DNA from: Chiloscyllium plagiosum
Taxonomy: Eukaryota
Assembly: GCF_004010195.1 (NCBI RefSeq)
Contig: NW_025215380.1
Location: forward strand, 208,645-245,115
Direction of reading: 5' to 3'
DNA length: 36,471 nt
In this document: positions 1 to 10,379 of the stretch, piece by piece
How the letters are laid out: each line of letters starts with the position of its first letter
Numbering within the stretch: position 1 is the first letter of the stretch
Made by a program: the position numbers and the translations under genes
The notes under the pieces: generated by a model
What the model saw: the letters and a program-made list of their open reading frames with translations, nothing else
What the model was told of the DNA's origin: nothing
Databases searched by the model: none

Positions 1-289
1 TTGGCAGTCATGTCTTCACCCTCTTCAACTGTGGTGTAATCACTTCACTCAACCTCCTTGTCAAAGACTCCTGAGCTAAAGCCTCACTCTTCAATCCACA
101 GGAACTTCCTTGGACCCTCTTTTTGGGGCAAGTCTGTGGACTTTTAATTTAGGTTAGAGGCGGCAGGAGGGAGGGAGGGAGGCCCTATGTTGTAGGACCT
201 GGGGTCTAGAACACACCCACTCAAATAACAATCACTTACCTTCCCGACTGGCTTCACGCTCTGCCTTCACTTCCGCCCAGCTCCCGCTG

Positions 290-810
290 CTCTCTGATGC
301 AAAAAGCAGGTAAAGTGCTGCTTCACCTTGAAGGTGTGTTTGGGCCCTTGGATAATGAGGAGGGAGAAAGTAAACATGCAAGTGTTACACCTTCTATGGT
401 TCCAGGGGAAGATGCCGTGGGGCAATGGGGGGGTGTTGGGAGAGAAGGAGGAGTGGACCAAGGTGTCCCAGAGCAAACAGCCCTTGTGGGAGACTGACGA
501 AGAAAGGGAGAGGAATATGTATCGGGAGCTGGTGGGCATCCTGCTGCAGATCACAGAACTTATGGCTAATGATCTTTTGGATGTTGGTACTAGCGTGATG
601 GCAAGTGAGGACCAGGGGAACCCTACTGCTGTTGTGGGAAGGAAGAGACAGGGTGAGGGCAGAAGTGTGGGAGATGGTCCGGACCCAGCCAACTATGGTG
701 CTAGGAAATCCCCAGTTGCGGAAGAAGGTGGACATTTCAGAGACTCCCTTTGTCAAAGTTGGCATCAGAACAGAAACAGGGGAATGGGAAAATTGGATAG
801 CAAAACCCGA
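290..810 (-). mobile_element. Penelope-like element (Neptune-type) ORF fragment: RT thumb plus Cys-rich linker, frameshifted
   Basis: Minus-strand translations KGVSEMSTFFRNWGFPSTIV...RVPLVLT and HGIFPWNHRRCNTC...IQGPKHTFKVKQHFTC match the PLE RT C-terminus and the CxxC linker preceding the GIY-YIG domain; homologous to the copy at 4540-5600. Confidence 0.85.
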
Positions 811-1364
811 GTCAGAAGATAAAAGTTCAAGTATCATTCAAGCTGCTTGAGCGCATAAATTGAGGGTGTGAAGACTAGCTTGACCAATCGAAGCAAACCT
901 AACTGTCTGACACACAACAGACCTGGTCAATATTAACTAAGATTGTGCAGGACATGATAAAACCACTGTCCTCTCGGTAAATCCTCGAGACAAATTTAGG
1001 ATCATTTGAAATGAAGATCTCCCCATAATCTGCAATTTCAACTACAAACGTTACATCAGTTGTTTTCCTCTGTTTTGGATATCAAAACCATCTTAATAGC
1101 TATTTTTGCTACCATCACTTCATCTCCCTAGTCATACTCAGTTTTGACTTGGTATCATTTCATAGTTTTGTCTAATCCACCTTTCCTAAACAACATTTTC
1201 CAACATGTTAGCCTTCCAGCTTGCACCCTATTCTCATTCAAACCACTGAACAATCTACCCTGACCTCTTTAGATCTTCACTTTTATGGGCACTGTCCTTC
1301 CAACACTGCTGATTGGGTTTATTACTCTCGTTGATTCAAAAAAAAAAAGTTATAAATTAAAAGA

Positions 1365-1465
1365 TCCACTCCAGTATGTAGCTCAGGATGACACGTGTGC
1401 AAGACTGAAGTAATGCCATACTGTCAGAGGTTGCTAACTTACAATGAGGCATGAATACAGATCCT
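1365..1465 (+). mobile_element. Highly decayed DeuSINE-like (SacSINE1-like) fragment
   Basis: gactgaagtaatgccatactgtcagaggttgctaacttacaatgaggc resembles the remembered Deu-domain consensus (gtactgagggagtgctgcactgtcggaggtgccgtctttcagatgagacg). Confidence 0.4.
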
Positions 1466-1494
1466 GCAAAAGTGATGAGCCTTAACAACTACCT

Positions 1495-1755
1495 ACAGAG
1501 CTGAAGATATTGTGCTCCAATAGCTGCACAACCAGTCAGGCTGCTCCTGCTCAGTTGCATCTTTGTGACAAGGTGGAAAAAATTGCTCAAGTAGGAGGAC
1601 AAATTATCCCTCCGTCAGTGGTATCAATCATTAGCAAATTGCGCAAAAAGAAGATGGTTGTCATTGTTTAAGGCCAGTCCTAGCAGCCATTCGACACCAT
1701 TGCAGGAGGTTTCTCAGGCTGCAGTCCTCAGCCCAAGCATTTTCAGCTACATCAT
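1495..1755 (+). mobile_element. Decayed LINE RT fragment (CR1/L2-group family distinct from HER1)
   Basis: Contains gtggaaaaaattgctcaagta (WKIAQV-like) and gcaggaggtttctcaggctgcagtcctcagcccaagcattttcagc ([18 protein letters not shown]). Confidence 0.7.
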
Positions 1756-1994
1756 AGAGTCTTCTGCAACCAGGGAACACAGATTTATCCCACAGGGGAA
1801 CACGGTATTTTCACACAGACCAATGCAAGGAGAGAGTGGTACTGAAATTAGCCAGTAAAGTCAGTGAGTATACTTTTGATGAGTTTTTGAGAATGAACAT
1901 TAATCCATTTCACAGCTGGACATCAAGGATATGTTGTACAAGTGGAACACTCGTTGATTGTCTGTACAATCATGGGGTTTTTGTTTTTATTATG

Positions 1995-2535
1995 CAAGAG
2001 CAGAAACAGTCCATTCAGCCCATCCAGTCTGCTCCACCATTCAATAAGATCATGGCTGATTTGATCATCCTCAGGCCCACTTCCCTGCGTTTCCCCCATA
2101 ATATCTCTCTCTCAGCCTTAACTATACTAAATACCCCAGCCTCAACAGCCCTCGGTGGTAGGGAATCCCACAGATCCACTCCCCTCAGAGGAGAAATTCC
2201 AGCTTCAATGGGTGACCCTTTATTCGAAGATTGTGCCCTGTGGTTCTGGATGCTCCCACACAAGGGGTATCAATCTCTGTCTACCCTGTCAAAGTCCCTA
2301 AACATCATTGTTTCCTATTCTTCAAAACGTCCATAAGTACATGCCCACCTTCTCCTTAAGACCATCCCTCTATTCCTGATATTAGCCAAGTGAACTTTTC
2401 CTGGACTGCCTCCAATGACAAGTTATTTTTCCTGAGGTAAATAGGCCCAAAACCATTCACAGCTTCTCCACTTCAGTAATATGCAGCTTCTCTAGTCTTC
2501 TTGCCCAAAAGGATAACCTCACATTTCCCCATATC
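1995..2535 (-). mobile_element. CR1-clade LINE 3' fragment
   Basis: Minus ORF includes GVDLWDSLPPRAVEAGVFSIVKAE (CR1 ORF2 C-terminus) and the typical 3' tail (ccattcagcccatc...tgctccaccattcaataagatcatggctgat on +). Confidence 0.85.
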
Positions 2536-3309
2536 ATAAGACCACCATCAGAGAGGCTCCTCACCCTCAATGATCTCAGTCTCTGCTCTGCTCCTCTCCA
2601 GACCATCCCTCTGCCACTCCCTCAGCTGATATTATGACAAGCAGCAATTAGCCAACTCAGATTTTAAAGGGCCATTTTAACAGCCTGAAATGAGTCTGAC
2701 TCAGCTGTGCATGGCCTCTGACATAACTACGGCTAACCATTCCAGCTTGGCAATCTAATACAATCAGCCAAAAGATGAGGACAACTGAATTCTTAGTGTT
2801 TATTGAAAGCGAGAGGAAACATCAAAGGAGCAAAACAAGAACAACTTTTGATCCAAGATCCAAATGGTCACAAACTGAAGCGTAAACTCACAGGTTCCCG
2901 AAACCCTGTCCATCCAGGAACCATTGCAAATTTCAATCCGAACTTGGAATGACACCAGGCAGCCAGACCGAGACACTCAAACCATATCCTTTGAATTTCA
3001 TGTTACCTCACCTCAGTCAGGTTTGCTGCAATGAAATGGCTGTTTCTTTATGGTTAGATTCACTGAATGGAGTTTGTCAATGTGCTCTAAGGCTCTATGT
3101 TGCTTCAGGGGATGTGACATTAAGATATTGTCCAAATACCTGCATTAATCTCTTTCACTCTCACCATTGATTTCCCAGGTTGTCCATTCACTCCCATAGC
3201 AGGGGCAAGAATTGACCTTCAATCCCAGGTAATGTCACTTTAACCTTAGTTACTTTTAAAATCACTTATTCGTTCAATGGCATATTGAGGCACACAACTT
3301 AAAGTATTT

Positions 3310-3490
3310 ATGGGTAAATGGTAGTGTCCCTACCTCTGGAGCAGGGGCTCTGAGGTGAAGCCCCATGCCAAGCCTTGTTGGCTGTGGAAGGTTAGATATG
3401 GGATGTGGTCAAACAGAGTGACTGTTAACCTGGAAATCATTCTGATACACGTGACCAGCAGGCAATGAGAGAGGAGGGTCTCTCGGTCAT
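3310..3490 (+). mobile_element. tRNA-derived SINE, decayed
   Basis: tRNA-like head (aatggtagtgtccctacctctgg...gaggtgaagcccca); related copy at 30305-30425. Confidence 0.5.
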
Positions 3491-3574
3491 ACAGAAGGTA
3501 GCAGCACACCCCTACAGCCCTTTGCTCCTGAACATAGGCTGCTAGAATTCATGGCCCAACCCTTGGTAGTGAGC

Positions 3575-3640
3575 AACATAGAACAATACCGCGCAGAAGA
3601 GGCCCTTCGGCCCTCAATACTGCGCTGACCTGTGAACTAA
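3575..3640 (-). mobile_element. CR1/HER1 3' tail fragment
   Basis: aacatagaacaataccgcgcagaagaggcccttcggccctc is the reverse complement of the CR1 terminal stem-loop plus tail repeat. Confidence 0.75.
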
Positions 3641-3784
3641 AGGAAGGGAGGGAAAACAAGCTGCCTCATGCCCAGAAGCTGCCTGGTTACTACATCTTGT
3701 CATCATTGGTTAATACTTTGTTGGTGCTATCCTGAGATAGTACAGTTAAAGTTGTGAATCATAGAAAATGGCTTCTTTGGCCAC

Positions 3785-4495
3785 TAGCAACATCCTGGGT
3801 AATTACCATCAGTCAGAAACTCAACTGGACTATACTGTAGCTACAGGAGCAGGTCAGAGGCTGGGAATCCTAACTCACCTTCTGACTCCCCAGAGACTGT
3901 CCACAAGGCCCAAGTCAGAGGTGTGTTTCACCTGTAGCCCAGCGAACAAGGTGGTTTCCATTAGCCTGGTGTTGGGGTCTCCCAATACAGAACTCTCGTC
4001 ACCATGTGGAGATCCTCCCACTGCCTGGTGTGGGGGTCTCGTTCCAGCTGCACATTCTGGGTTTTCCATCATTCCTTAATCAGTTTTCCTGAACCCAGGA
4101 GCCATCAACTGAACTCTGATGAATTTTGTCTTAACATTACTTTGTATATTCTCATGTATGGTTTTGTTGTAAGAATACATATAGCCACAAATTTCTCTTC
4201 CATTCAACTCTATTTGATTCCTTTCCATTCCAATGGAATACTTTAGAACACCACACAGCTCAACACCATCCAGGATGAAGCAGCCCCCATTGATTGGCAC
4301 CATATCCACAAACATCCCCTCCCTCCACCCCCTGACACTCGGTACACACTGCTGTTACTATCTACAACATACCCTGCAAAAACTCACCAAAGTTCCTCAG
4401 ACAGCACCTTCCAAACCCATGACCACTTCCATCTAGAAGACCAAGGGGCAGCAGATACATGGGAACACCACCCTCTGCAAGTTTCCCTCTTTCTC
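3785..4495 (+). mobile_element. LINE (same CR1/L2-group family as 1495-1755) 3' ORF fragment, split by a ~300-bp insert
   Basis: VATGAGQRLGILTHLLTPQRLST..., then after the insert atggaatact...caccatccaggatgaagcagcc...cagcaccttccaaacccatgaccacttccatctagaag. Confidence 0.8.
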
Positions 4496-4539
4496 CAGTA
4501 CATCAAATAATGTCCTTAGTACTGCCTCCTCAGCCAGAA

Positions 4540-5600
4540 TTGGGAAAGTTTATCTCCCTCAATTCCAGTTTCCACCTCTCTCACCTTCACCTCATCCATC
4601 CATCCCTGACTTTTCTCTTCTCCCCCCCTTCCTTGACATCTCTTGTTTTCATTTCTGAAGATTGGGTTTATATGGATACTAACCTCTGACTCCAACAGCT
4701 ACTTACACTATACATCCTCACCCACTGCTTCCTGTAAAGCATCTTTTCCCTCTCCCAGTTCCTCCATCTCCACCGATATGTTCCAACAAGGCCAACTTTG
4801 ACAAGGGAGCCTCCGAAATAGCCACCTCCTTCCTGAACAGAGATTCCCTAGCCCTGTTGTTGACAGGGTCCTCAGCTCCCGTATTTCCACCCTCACCCCC
4901 TCTCTCTACTCCCAAGACACCTCCCCCTCAGTCCCACAGCATCTTCTTCCTCCCCCATCAGTATCCAAGGGCCCAGAAAATACTTTCCCTGTACTTCCCT
5001 CAATCTAATCACCTGCATTCGCTGCTCACAGTGCACAGTGCAGTCTCCTCTACACTGGGGAAAGGAGATGCAGGCTGGGTGACACCTTCACCCTGCATGC
5101 AGAAATGAGCCCAAGCTTCCCGTTCCCTGTCACTTTAACCCCACACCCCATTCCCTGCCTAACATCTGTCTCCAGCTTGCTCAGTGTAACCTGGGAGAAC
5201 AGCATCTCATTTTCTGCTCAGGAACTCTACAGCCTCTGGACTCAACATCAAGATCACCAACTTCAGGGCTGGAGCACCTATTCCCTTGTCCTTACCCCAA
5301 GCCCCACCCACCTGGCCTTGTTATTACAGTCTGCCATTACACACTTACCCTATGTTAGCCACTAACAGGACACAATCAGTGTATTCATTCTGACCTTATC
5401 CATTCCTTTTGTCTGTCCAACTGGTTTTCTCTTTCTCTCTGAGCTCCATCTCCACCTGTCACTTACTCTCCCCAATTACCCCCACCTCTGTCATCACTTT
5501 CTATTCTGAGGAAGGGTCACCAGACCAAAAACATTAACTTTGCTTTCTCTCCACAGACACTGCCAAACCTGCTGAGCTTTTCTTGGTGATTTTTGTGTAG
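4540..5600 (+). mobile_element. Penelope-like element (Neptune-type): RT thumb, GIY-YIG endonuclease and 3' pLTR with decayed hammerhead
   Basis: Frameshifted matches to PFLDI..DSHSYLDYTSSHP..FSQFLRL..DKGASE; ~5000-5080 encodes an NLI.CIRCSQC.LLY.GE..RLGD GIY-YIG motif; 3' end ctgaggaagggtcaccagaccaaaaacattaac...gctgagcttttc. Confidence 0.85.
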
Positions 5601-6299
5601 TTTCACTCAGTCCTAAAATCACATGACCCCAAATCTTCAGCACAGAGACCAGGGAATCATACCCAATCCTCCTAAGTGCCAGTCAGGTAATATTGCATTA
5701 TCCCAAATACTTTCATGAAAGCCTCTCATTTTTAAAAGAGATACAAACAATATCTCCTCAATCAACAGTACTCTCTAATCCCTCCAGTATATCTCTATTA
5801 CACTGCCTGGCTTAGAACCAGTTATCCCTTACTCCAATGCAAAGGTGGCTGGCTCTTTAAGACAGAGGCTACCCAGCTGGGCTGCGTTTGAAGTTAACGA
5901 GCAGTAAATGAGCTGAGGATAAAAGCCCTGAATCCAATAACCTCCTTTGTTAAATTGGCTTTGCTGAGAAGGTAGGGTTTAAGGGGAAGGGGGCTTGTTA
6001 TCCTGGTCTGTCTACTGTATGTTCTCTCTGAATGTTCCTGCTGCTCCATGTTCCTTGAGGTCAGCCATCTACAAATTCCTCTTGTGGAAGGAGAGACCAT
6101 TCCCCTGGTGACTGACCCTAGTTCTAGTCTGAGCCACTCTATGTGGGGACAGATCTGGAATGATATTCCCTGTTTCTGAAGAGTCAGTCTTGCCTCATTA
6201 GTGGCCTCTGTCTCGGCTGAGGGTTTGAGGATCTCTCCAGGTACTCTTGCACCTAATAATCTTGACCAGTAGTTAATAGTAGCATAACATTGAAACGTT

Positions 6300-6745
6300 A
6301 ACGACTACAGGAGTAGGCCATTTGGCCTCTTGAACCCCCTCTACTATCCCATATGGTCATGGTCATGGTTAATCATTGACCTTAATATCCTAATCCTATC
6401 TCTGCCTCCCTTCCCATTCTCACATCCTGTAACCCCTTTTGCCCTAAGAACTATATCTACCCCCTCCTTGAAAACATACAATGTTTTGTCCCCAACCCCC
6501 TCTCTGTGGGTGAATTCCACAGACTCCCTACTCTCTGGGGAATACATTTCTCTCCCCTCAGTCACACTGTATCCTTAGACTATGACAACTTCCTCCCATT
6601 GCCCCCTCTTGTGCTCCCAACCCTGATTCTAGTCTCCTTGGTCATCAGGAACATCCTGCCTTTGTTTACCTTGAGCTAGTCCCTGCTAGAATTCTTTAGG
6701 TCTGAGATTCCCTACGGCCAAGCTCCTCCTCCTCCTCCTAATCTC
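6300..6745 (-). mobile_element. CR1-clade LINE 3' fragment
   Basis: aggagtaggccatttggcc tail; minus ORF ...LYVFKEGVDIVLRAKGVTG (CR1 ORF2 C-terminus). Confidence 0.8.
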
Positions 6746-7305
6746 ACATGGGGTTAGGGGAGTGATGGGATGGAGTGGTGGGGGGGAGAAAAGGGGTTAG
6801 TGATGGGGTGGAGGGGTTTCCAGGAAATAGGAAAAGTTAGGGGGAAGAGTTGGAAGGAAAGAACCAAGGGAAAATGGTGAGAAAGCTCAGAACAATGAAT
6901 GGGAGCTGGTATGATTGCTGTGGAAAGCTGTAATATTCTCCTCTGGCCTGGCTCTGAGGATGGTGAAAGGAAGGAGTGGGGGTGGAGAAGAGTTCTATTT
7001 GGATCCCTCCCATCATCCTTCCTGATCTGTTCGCAATCAGTTATTGCTGCTTTGTCGTGGTGGAGCACATGGTCAATTAATTGGATTTTGATCACTGGGT
7101 ATTTAAGGCTTGGTCAAATAGCTGACTGTGAGCTGGAGGTTTTGGGGAAGAGGGTGTCATTGGCCAGGCTAGCATTTATTGCTCATCCCCAATTGCCCAG
7201 AGGCTGTGGGTCTGATGTCACATGTAGGCCAGACTGGGTAAGGAAAACTGTTTCCTTTCTTAAGGAGTCTTTCCAACGTTTGGCAATGGATTCATGGTCA
7301 TGATT

Positions 7306-7915
7306 ATCATAGAATCCTTGGTGTGGAAACCGGCCCTTCACCTAACAAGTCCACACTGTCCCTCAGAGTATCCCACCCAAACCCATTTCCCTACTTATTA
7401 CTCCATGTGGGCGGCATGGTGGCACAGTGGTTAGCACTGCTGCCTCACAGCGCCAGAGACCCGGGTTCATTTCCCGACTCAGGCGACTGACTGTGTGGAG
7501 TTTGCACATTCTCCCCGTGTCTGCGTGGGTTTCCTCCGGGTGCTCCGGTTTCCTCCCACAGTCCAAAAATGTGCAGGTCAGGTGAATTGGCCAAGCTAAA
7601 TTGCCCGTAGTGTTAGGTAAAAGGGGTAAACGTAGGGGAAAGGGTGGGTTGCGCTTCGGCGGGTCGGTGTGGACTTGTTGGGCCGAAGGGCCTGTTTCCA
7701 CACTGTAAATAATCTAATCTACATTTATCCCTGACTAATGCTCCTATCCTACACATCCCTGAACACTATGCAATTTAGTATGGCCAACTCACCTAACCTG
7801 CACATCTTTGGATTTTGGTAGGAAGCCCATGCAGACACTGGGAGAATGTGCAAGCTCCACACAGCATTTGTTTGAGGTTGGGATTGAACCGAGACAACTG
7901 GCGTTGAGGCTGCAG
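7306..7915 (-). mobile_element. Older HE1 (V-SINE) copy, interrupted by a younger HE1
   Basis: Reverse HE1 tail (gtggaaaccggcccttc...aagtccacac) at 7320-7400 and V-domain/tRNA head (gcagacactgggagaatgtgcaagctccac...gggattgaacc) at 7722-7915. Confidence 0.85.
7409..7721 (+). mobile_element. HE1 SINE, full length, low divergence
   Basis: tRNA head with A box TGGCACAGTGG and B box GGTTCATTTCC, V core tgtgtggagtttgcacattctccccgtgtctgcgtgggtttcctccggg, HER1-type tail gggccgaagggcctgtttcc, (taatc)n end. Confidence 0.95.
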
Positions 7916-8079
7916 TAGACTCTTAACCCCCAGATTTTTAAATTGAATTCAAATTCCACCAGCTGCCATGGCAGGATTCAAATCTGGGTCCCCAGAACGT
8001 TCCCTGGGTCTCTGAGTTAACAATCCAGCAAAAAGACTACTCTGCCATCCCCTTCCCTGCCCTTTTGACTCATTCACAG

Positions 8080-8168
8080 GAACATACCATTCAATGAAGC
8101 AGCTGAAATAGAATGTCACAAAAGGCACTGTGTAGGTCTAGCAGATGATGTTGTTTTTGCAAACTCAG
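8080..8168 (+). CDS. Candidate coding exon of an unidentified gene (NIPFNEAAEIECHKRHCVGLADDVVFANS)
   Basis: Acceptor cccttttgactcattcacag, donor CAG|gtatca; only one open frame; ends in phase 1, compatible with exon 8998. Confidence 0.3.
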
Positions 8169-8171
8169 GTA

Positions 8172-8620
8172 TCACCCACACTGTAGGAAGGATGTGATGG
8201 CACTGGAGGGGGTGCCTAAAATGGAGCAGTTTGACAATGGGCTTGGGTGTGTGGGGGGAGGGGGTGGCATCTGATAGAGGTTTGTAAAATTGAGGGGTGT
8301 GGATAGGGTTGATAGAAAGCAGGTGTTCTCCTTGGTCGAAGGGTCAAGAACAAGGGGACATCCTTTAACTTACAAAGCAGGAGATTTGAGGAATGCTTTC
8401 TCTCACCCAATGGGTGGGATCTGGAATAGACTGCCTGGGAGGGGCATCGAGATGGGAAACCTGAACCTTTTTTAAAAAAAATACCTGCACGAGCACTCGA
8501 AGTGTCATTACACTTAAGGCTATGGGCATGGTGTAGAAAGTGAGGACTGCAGGTAGGAGTGTAGTACAGAGTCAATGGGCCAAGGGCCTTTCTGTACTGC
8601 ATGACTCTATGGGATTGTGA
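8172..8620 (+). mobile_element. CR1-clade LINE 3' fragment
   Basis: RGVDRVDRKQVFSLVEGSRTRGH...WNRLP and tail gggccaagggcctttctgtactgcatgactctatg. Confidence 0.85.
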
Positions 8621-8997
8621 TATTTCTGTTAATACTGAGTTTTAAGAGTTTCTTTCCTGCATTCAGTGACCTGATTGCATGTTGGAGCATACAGACCAAG
8701 TCTGAACCACGCTGGGCACTGTTCTGTTGACAGGTCCCAGATTTTGTTGACATTAGTTATCCTTCTCCTGAGTTTGGTCTGTCACCTCTCTGCAAAATAG
8801 TCAGTGATTTGTTTTTTTAATGAGAAAAAGAAAAACTAGCAATTTCAGATTGCAAGCATCATTGATTTGTCGTCAATCCCTCTGCAGCGTGGTTTCACTG
8901 GAACATGGAGCTTGGAGCATTGCCGAAAGACCTTGTTAATGTTAACACTGTGAACCGTAGCATCAAGCGATTGTCCACTTGTTTGCCCCCTTTTTAG

Positions 8998-9083
8998 TGA
9001 CATCCCAATCCATAAATGTTTCTCCTGATCAAACTGAGGAGCTCAAGTCAGCAGGCGCTAGACACTCTCAAACTAAGTGGTCA
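8998..9083 (+). CDS. Candidate coding exon (VTSQSINVSPDQTEELKSAGARHSQTKWS)
   Basis: Acceptor ttgtttgccccctttttag, donor TCA|gtgagt; phase 1 to 0; TE-free. Confidence 0.35.
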
Positions 9084-9127
9084 GTGAGTACTTTTGTCAT
9101 TTTCAGGTTTGTAATTGCTCTCTACAG

Positions 9128-9223
9128 GAAACTATGGCGAACTGCGTCAGTCGTGATGGTGAACAATCTGGGAGGCAGCAAGGGACAGATGCCCATTGTG
9201 GATTTAAATATCTGTGCTCCCCA
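9128..9223 (+). CDS. Candidate coding exon (ETMANCVSRDGEQSGRQQGTDAHCGFKYLCSP)
   Basis: Acceptor ttgctctctacag, donor CCA|gtaagt; 96 nt, phase 0 to 0; ATG at 9134 in strong context (ACTATGG). Confidence 0.4.
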
Positions 9224-9442
9224 GTAAGTTTGTTCCCCTCATTTTGTTTCTTTCTGTCATTTCAATATGATCACAGCTGATCATCCAAGTCTGCTCCTGA
9301 TTTCTTCACCCATCCCCATTAGCTCTGAAGAACTTTTGCCTAACTCCTTGAAAGCAATCTTCACCCAACATGTAGAAGTTTGTTTAGTGTTCCAGGTAGG
9401 CTCCTTCTATGACGTGAGGCATCCTTGCAGCCACACACTACG

Positions 9443-9660
9443 TGCCCAGTCCCTAGTTGCCCCTCTTGAAGGTGGGGGTGAGCTGCATTTACTGCCCTGT
9501 CCCTAGTTGCCCCCCCTTGAGAAGGTGGGGGGTGAGCTGCATTTACTGCCCCTGTCCCTAGTTGCCCCTCCTGGAGAAGGTGGGGGTGAGCTGCATTTAC
9601 TGCCCTGTCCCTAGTTGCCCCCCCTTGAGAAGGTGGGGGTGAGCTGCCTTCTTGAACCAC
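9443..9660 (-). repeat. ~50-54-bp tandem repeat x4 derived from the LINE/SINE 3' tail
   Basis: Units tgccctgtccctagttgcccccccttgagaaggtgggggtgagctgcatttac start at 9443, 9493, 9547, 9601; the last continues into gccttcttgaaccac of the LINE end. Confidence 0.9.
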
Positions 9661-10196
9661 TGGGGTGAGGGGGTGGGGAGAGAGGAGGGGAATGTTTCCA
9701 TGTCTTTGGGGAAGGTCTCCCAGCAGAGGATTTTGGGTTCATTTTTCTCAAGTATTGGACTGCTAACGAGAATTATACAAAATGTGAACTGAGGAGACCA
9801 ATGCATGTGTTTTGTTTTGATTTGTTTTCCCAAGAGCTCAATCAGCTTTTGGTCAATATCTAATGACCAACTTTTGTACAATTCCAGTCAAGCTGAATAT
9901 CCCAATCCATTTTTTTTATATAAAGAGCGTGTTCCATCTCTAATTTTCTGCTCACTTTTTTTTCCGAAGATGATTGATTACAGCTGCAGTCTGAGTATTG
10001 ATTTCCATTTTGGCTCAGTTTCTGTCCAAAACTGGTCTGAGCTGTGGTGACTGGGGGAAGACCATCTCCATTAGAATATGAAATGGAAAGTCTCCCCAAT
10101 TAACATTCCCCTGTTCAAGCACAAAAGTACCTGAAGAAATGTTCCTAGCTAAGGTGCTTGCCAATATACCCACTGCCTCTTTTTGTCTCAATCCAG

Positions 10197-10262
10197 GGCA
10201 TCAGGGGTCACTTTGAAGACAGGACAGAAATCCATGGAGCTGGTGCTGATGATGATGAGGAG
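10197..10262 (+). CDS. Candidate coding exon (GIRGHFEDRTEIHGAGADDDEE)
   Basis: Strong acceptor ctgcctctttttgtctcaatccag, donor GAG|gtatta; 66 nt, phase 0 to 0; alternative donor after 10277 adds VLYTD. Confidence 0.4.
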
Positions 10263-10379
10263 GTATTATACACAGACGTAGGAAATATGCTCGTAATAGT
10301 GCACTTGCATGAACGAGTCACTCCAAAGGGTCTGTTACTGTCCTGTATGGCTCATTGTTGTATCTCTATCTTTGCTGAG

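Larger units (their letters stand above)
7146..8056 (-). mobile_element. tRNA-headed SINE (tail shared with the CR1/L2-group LINE), interrupted at 7306-7915
   Basis: 3' part 7146-7305 (gcatttattgctcatccccaattgcccagagg...ggattcatggtcatgatta) resumes at 7916 (tagactcttaac...ggattcaaatctgggtccccagaac...). Confidence 0.8.

Noticed and set aside
328..822. 164-aa plus-strand ORF
   Set aside because: Antisense to a Penelope-like RT fragment
7409..7485. tRNA gene (also at 13120-13211, 19745, 29060-29121, 36196)
   Set aside because: The tRNA-like heads continue into the V core and LINE tail; they are HE1 SINE promoters
9277..9395. Exon ADHPSLLLISSPIP...VFQ with donor CAG|gtaggc
   Set aside because: Needs a phase-1 upstream donor, the acceptor tract is interrupted, and it lies only 53 nt after the 9223 donor; left unassigned
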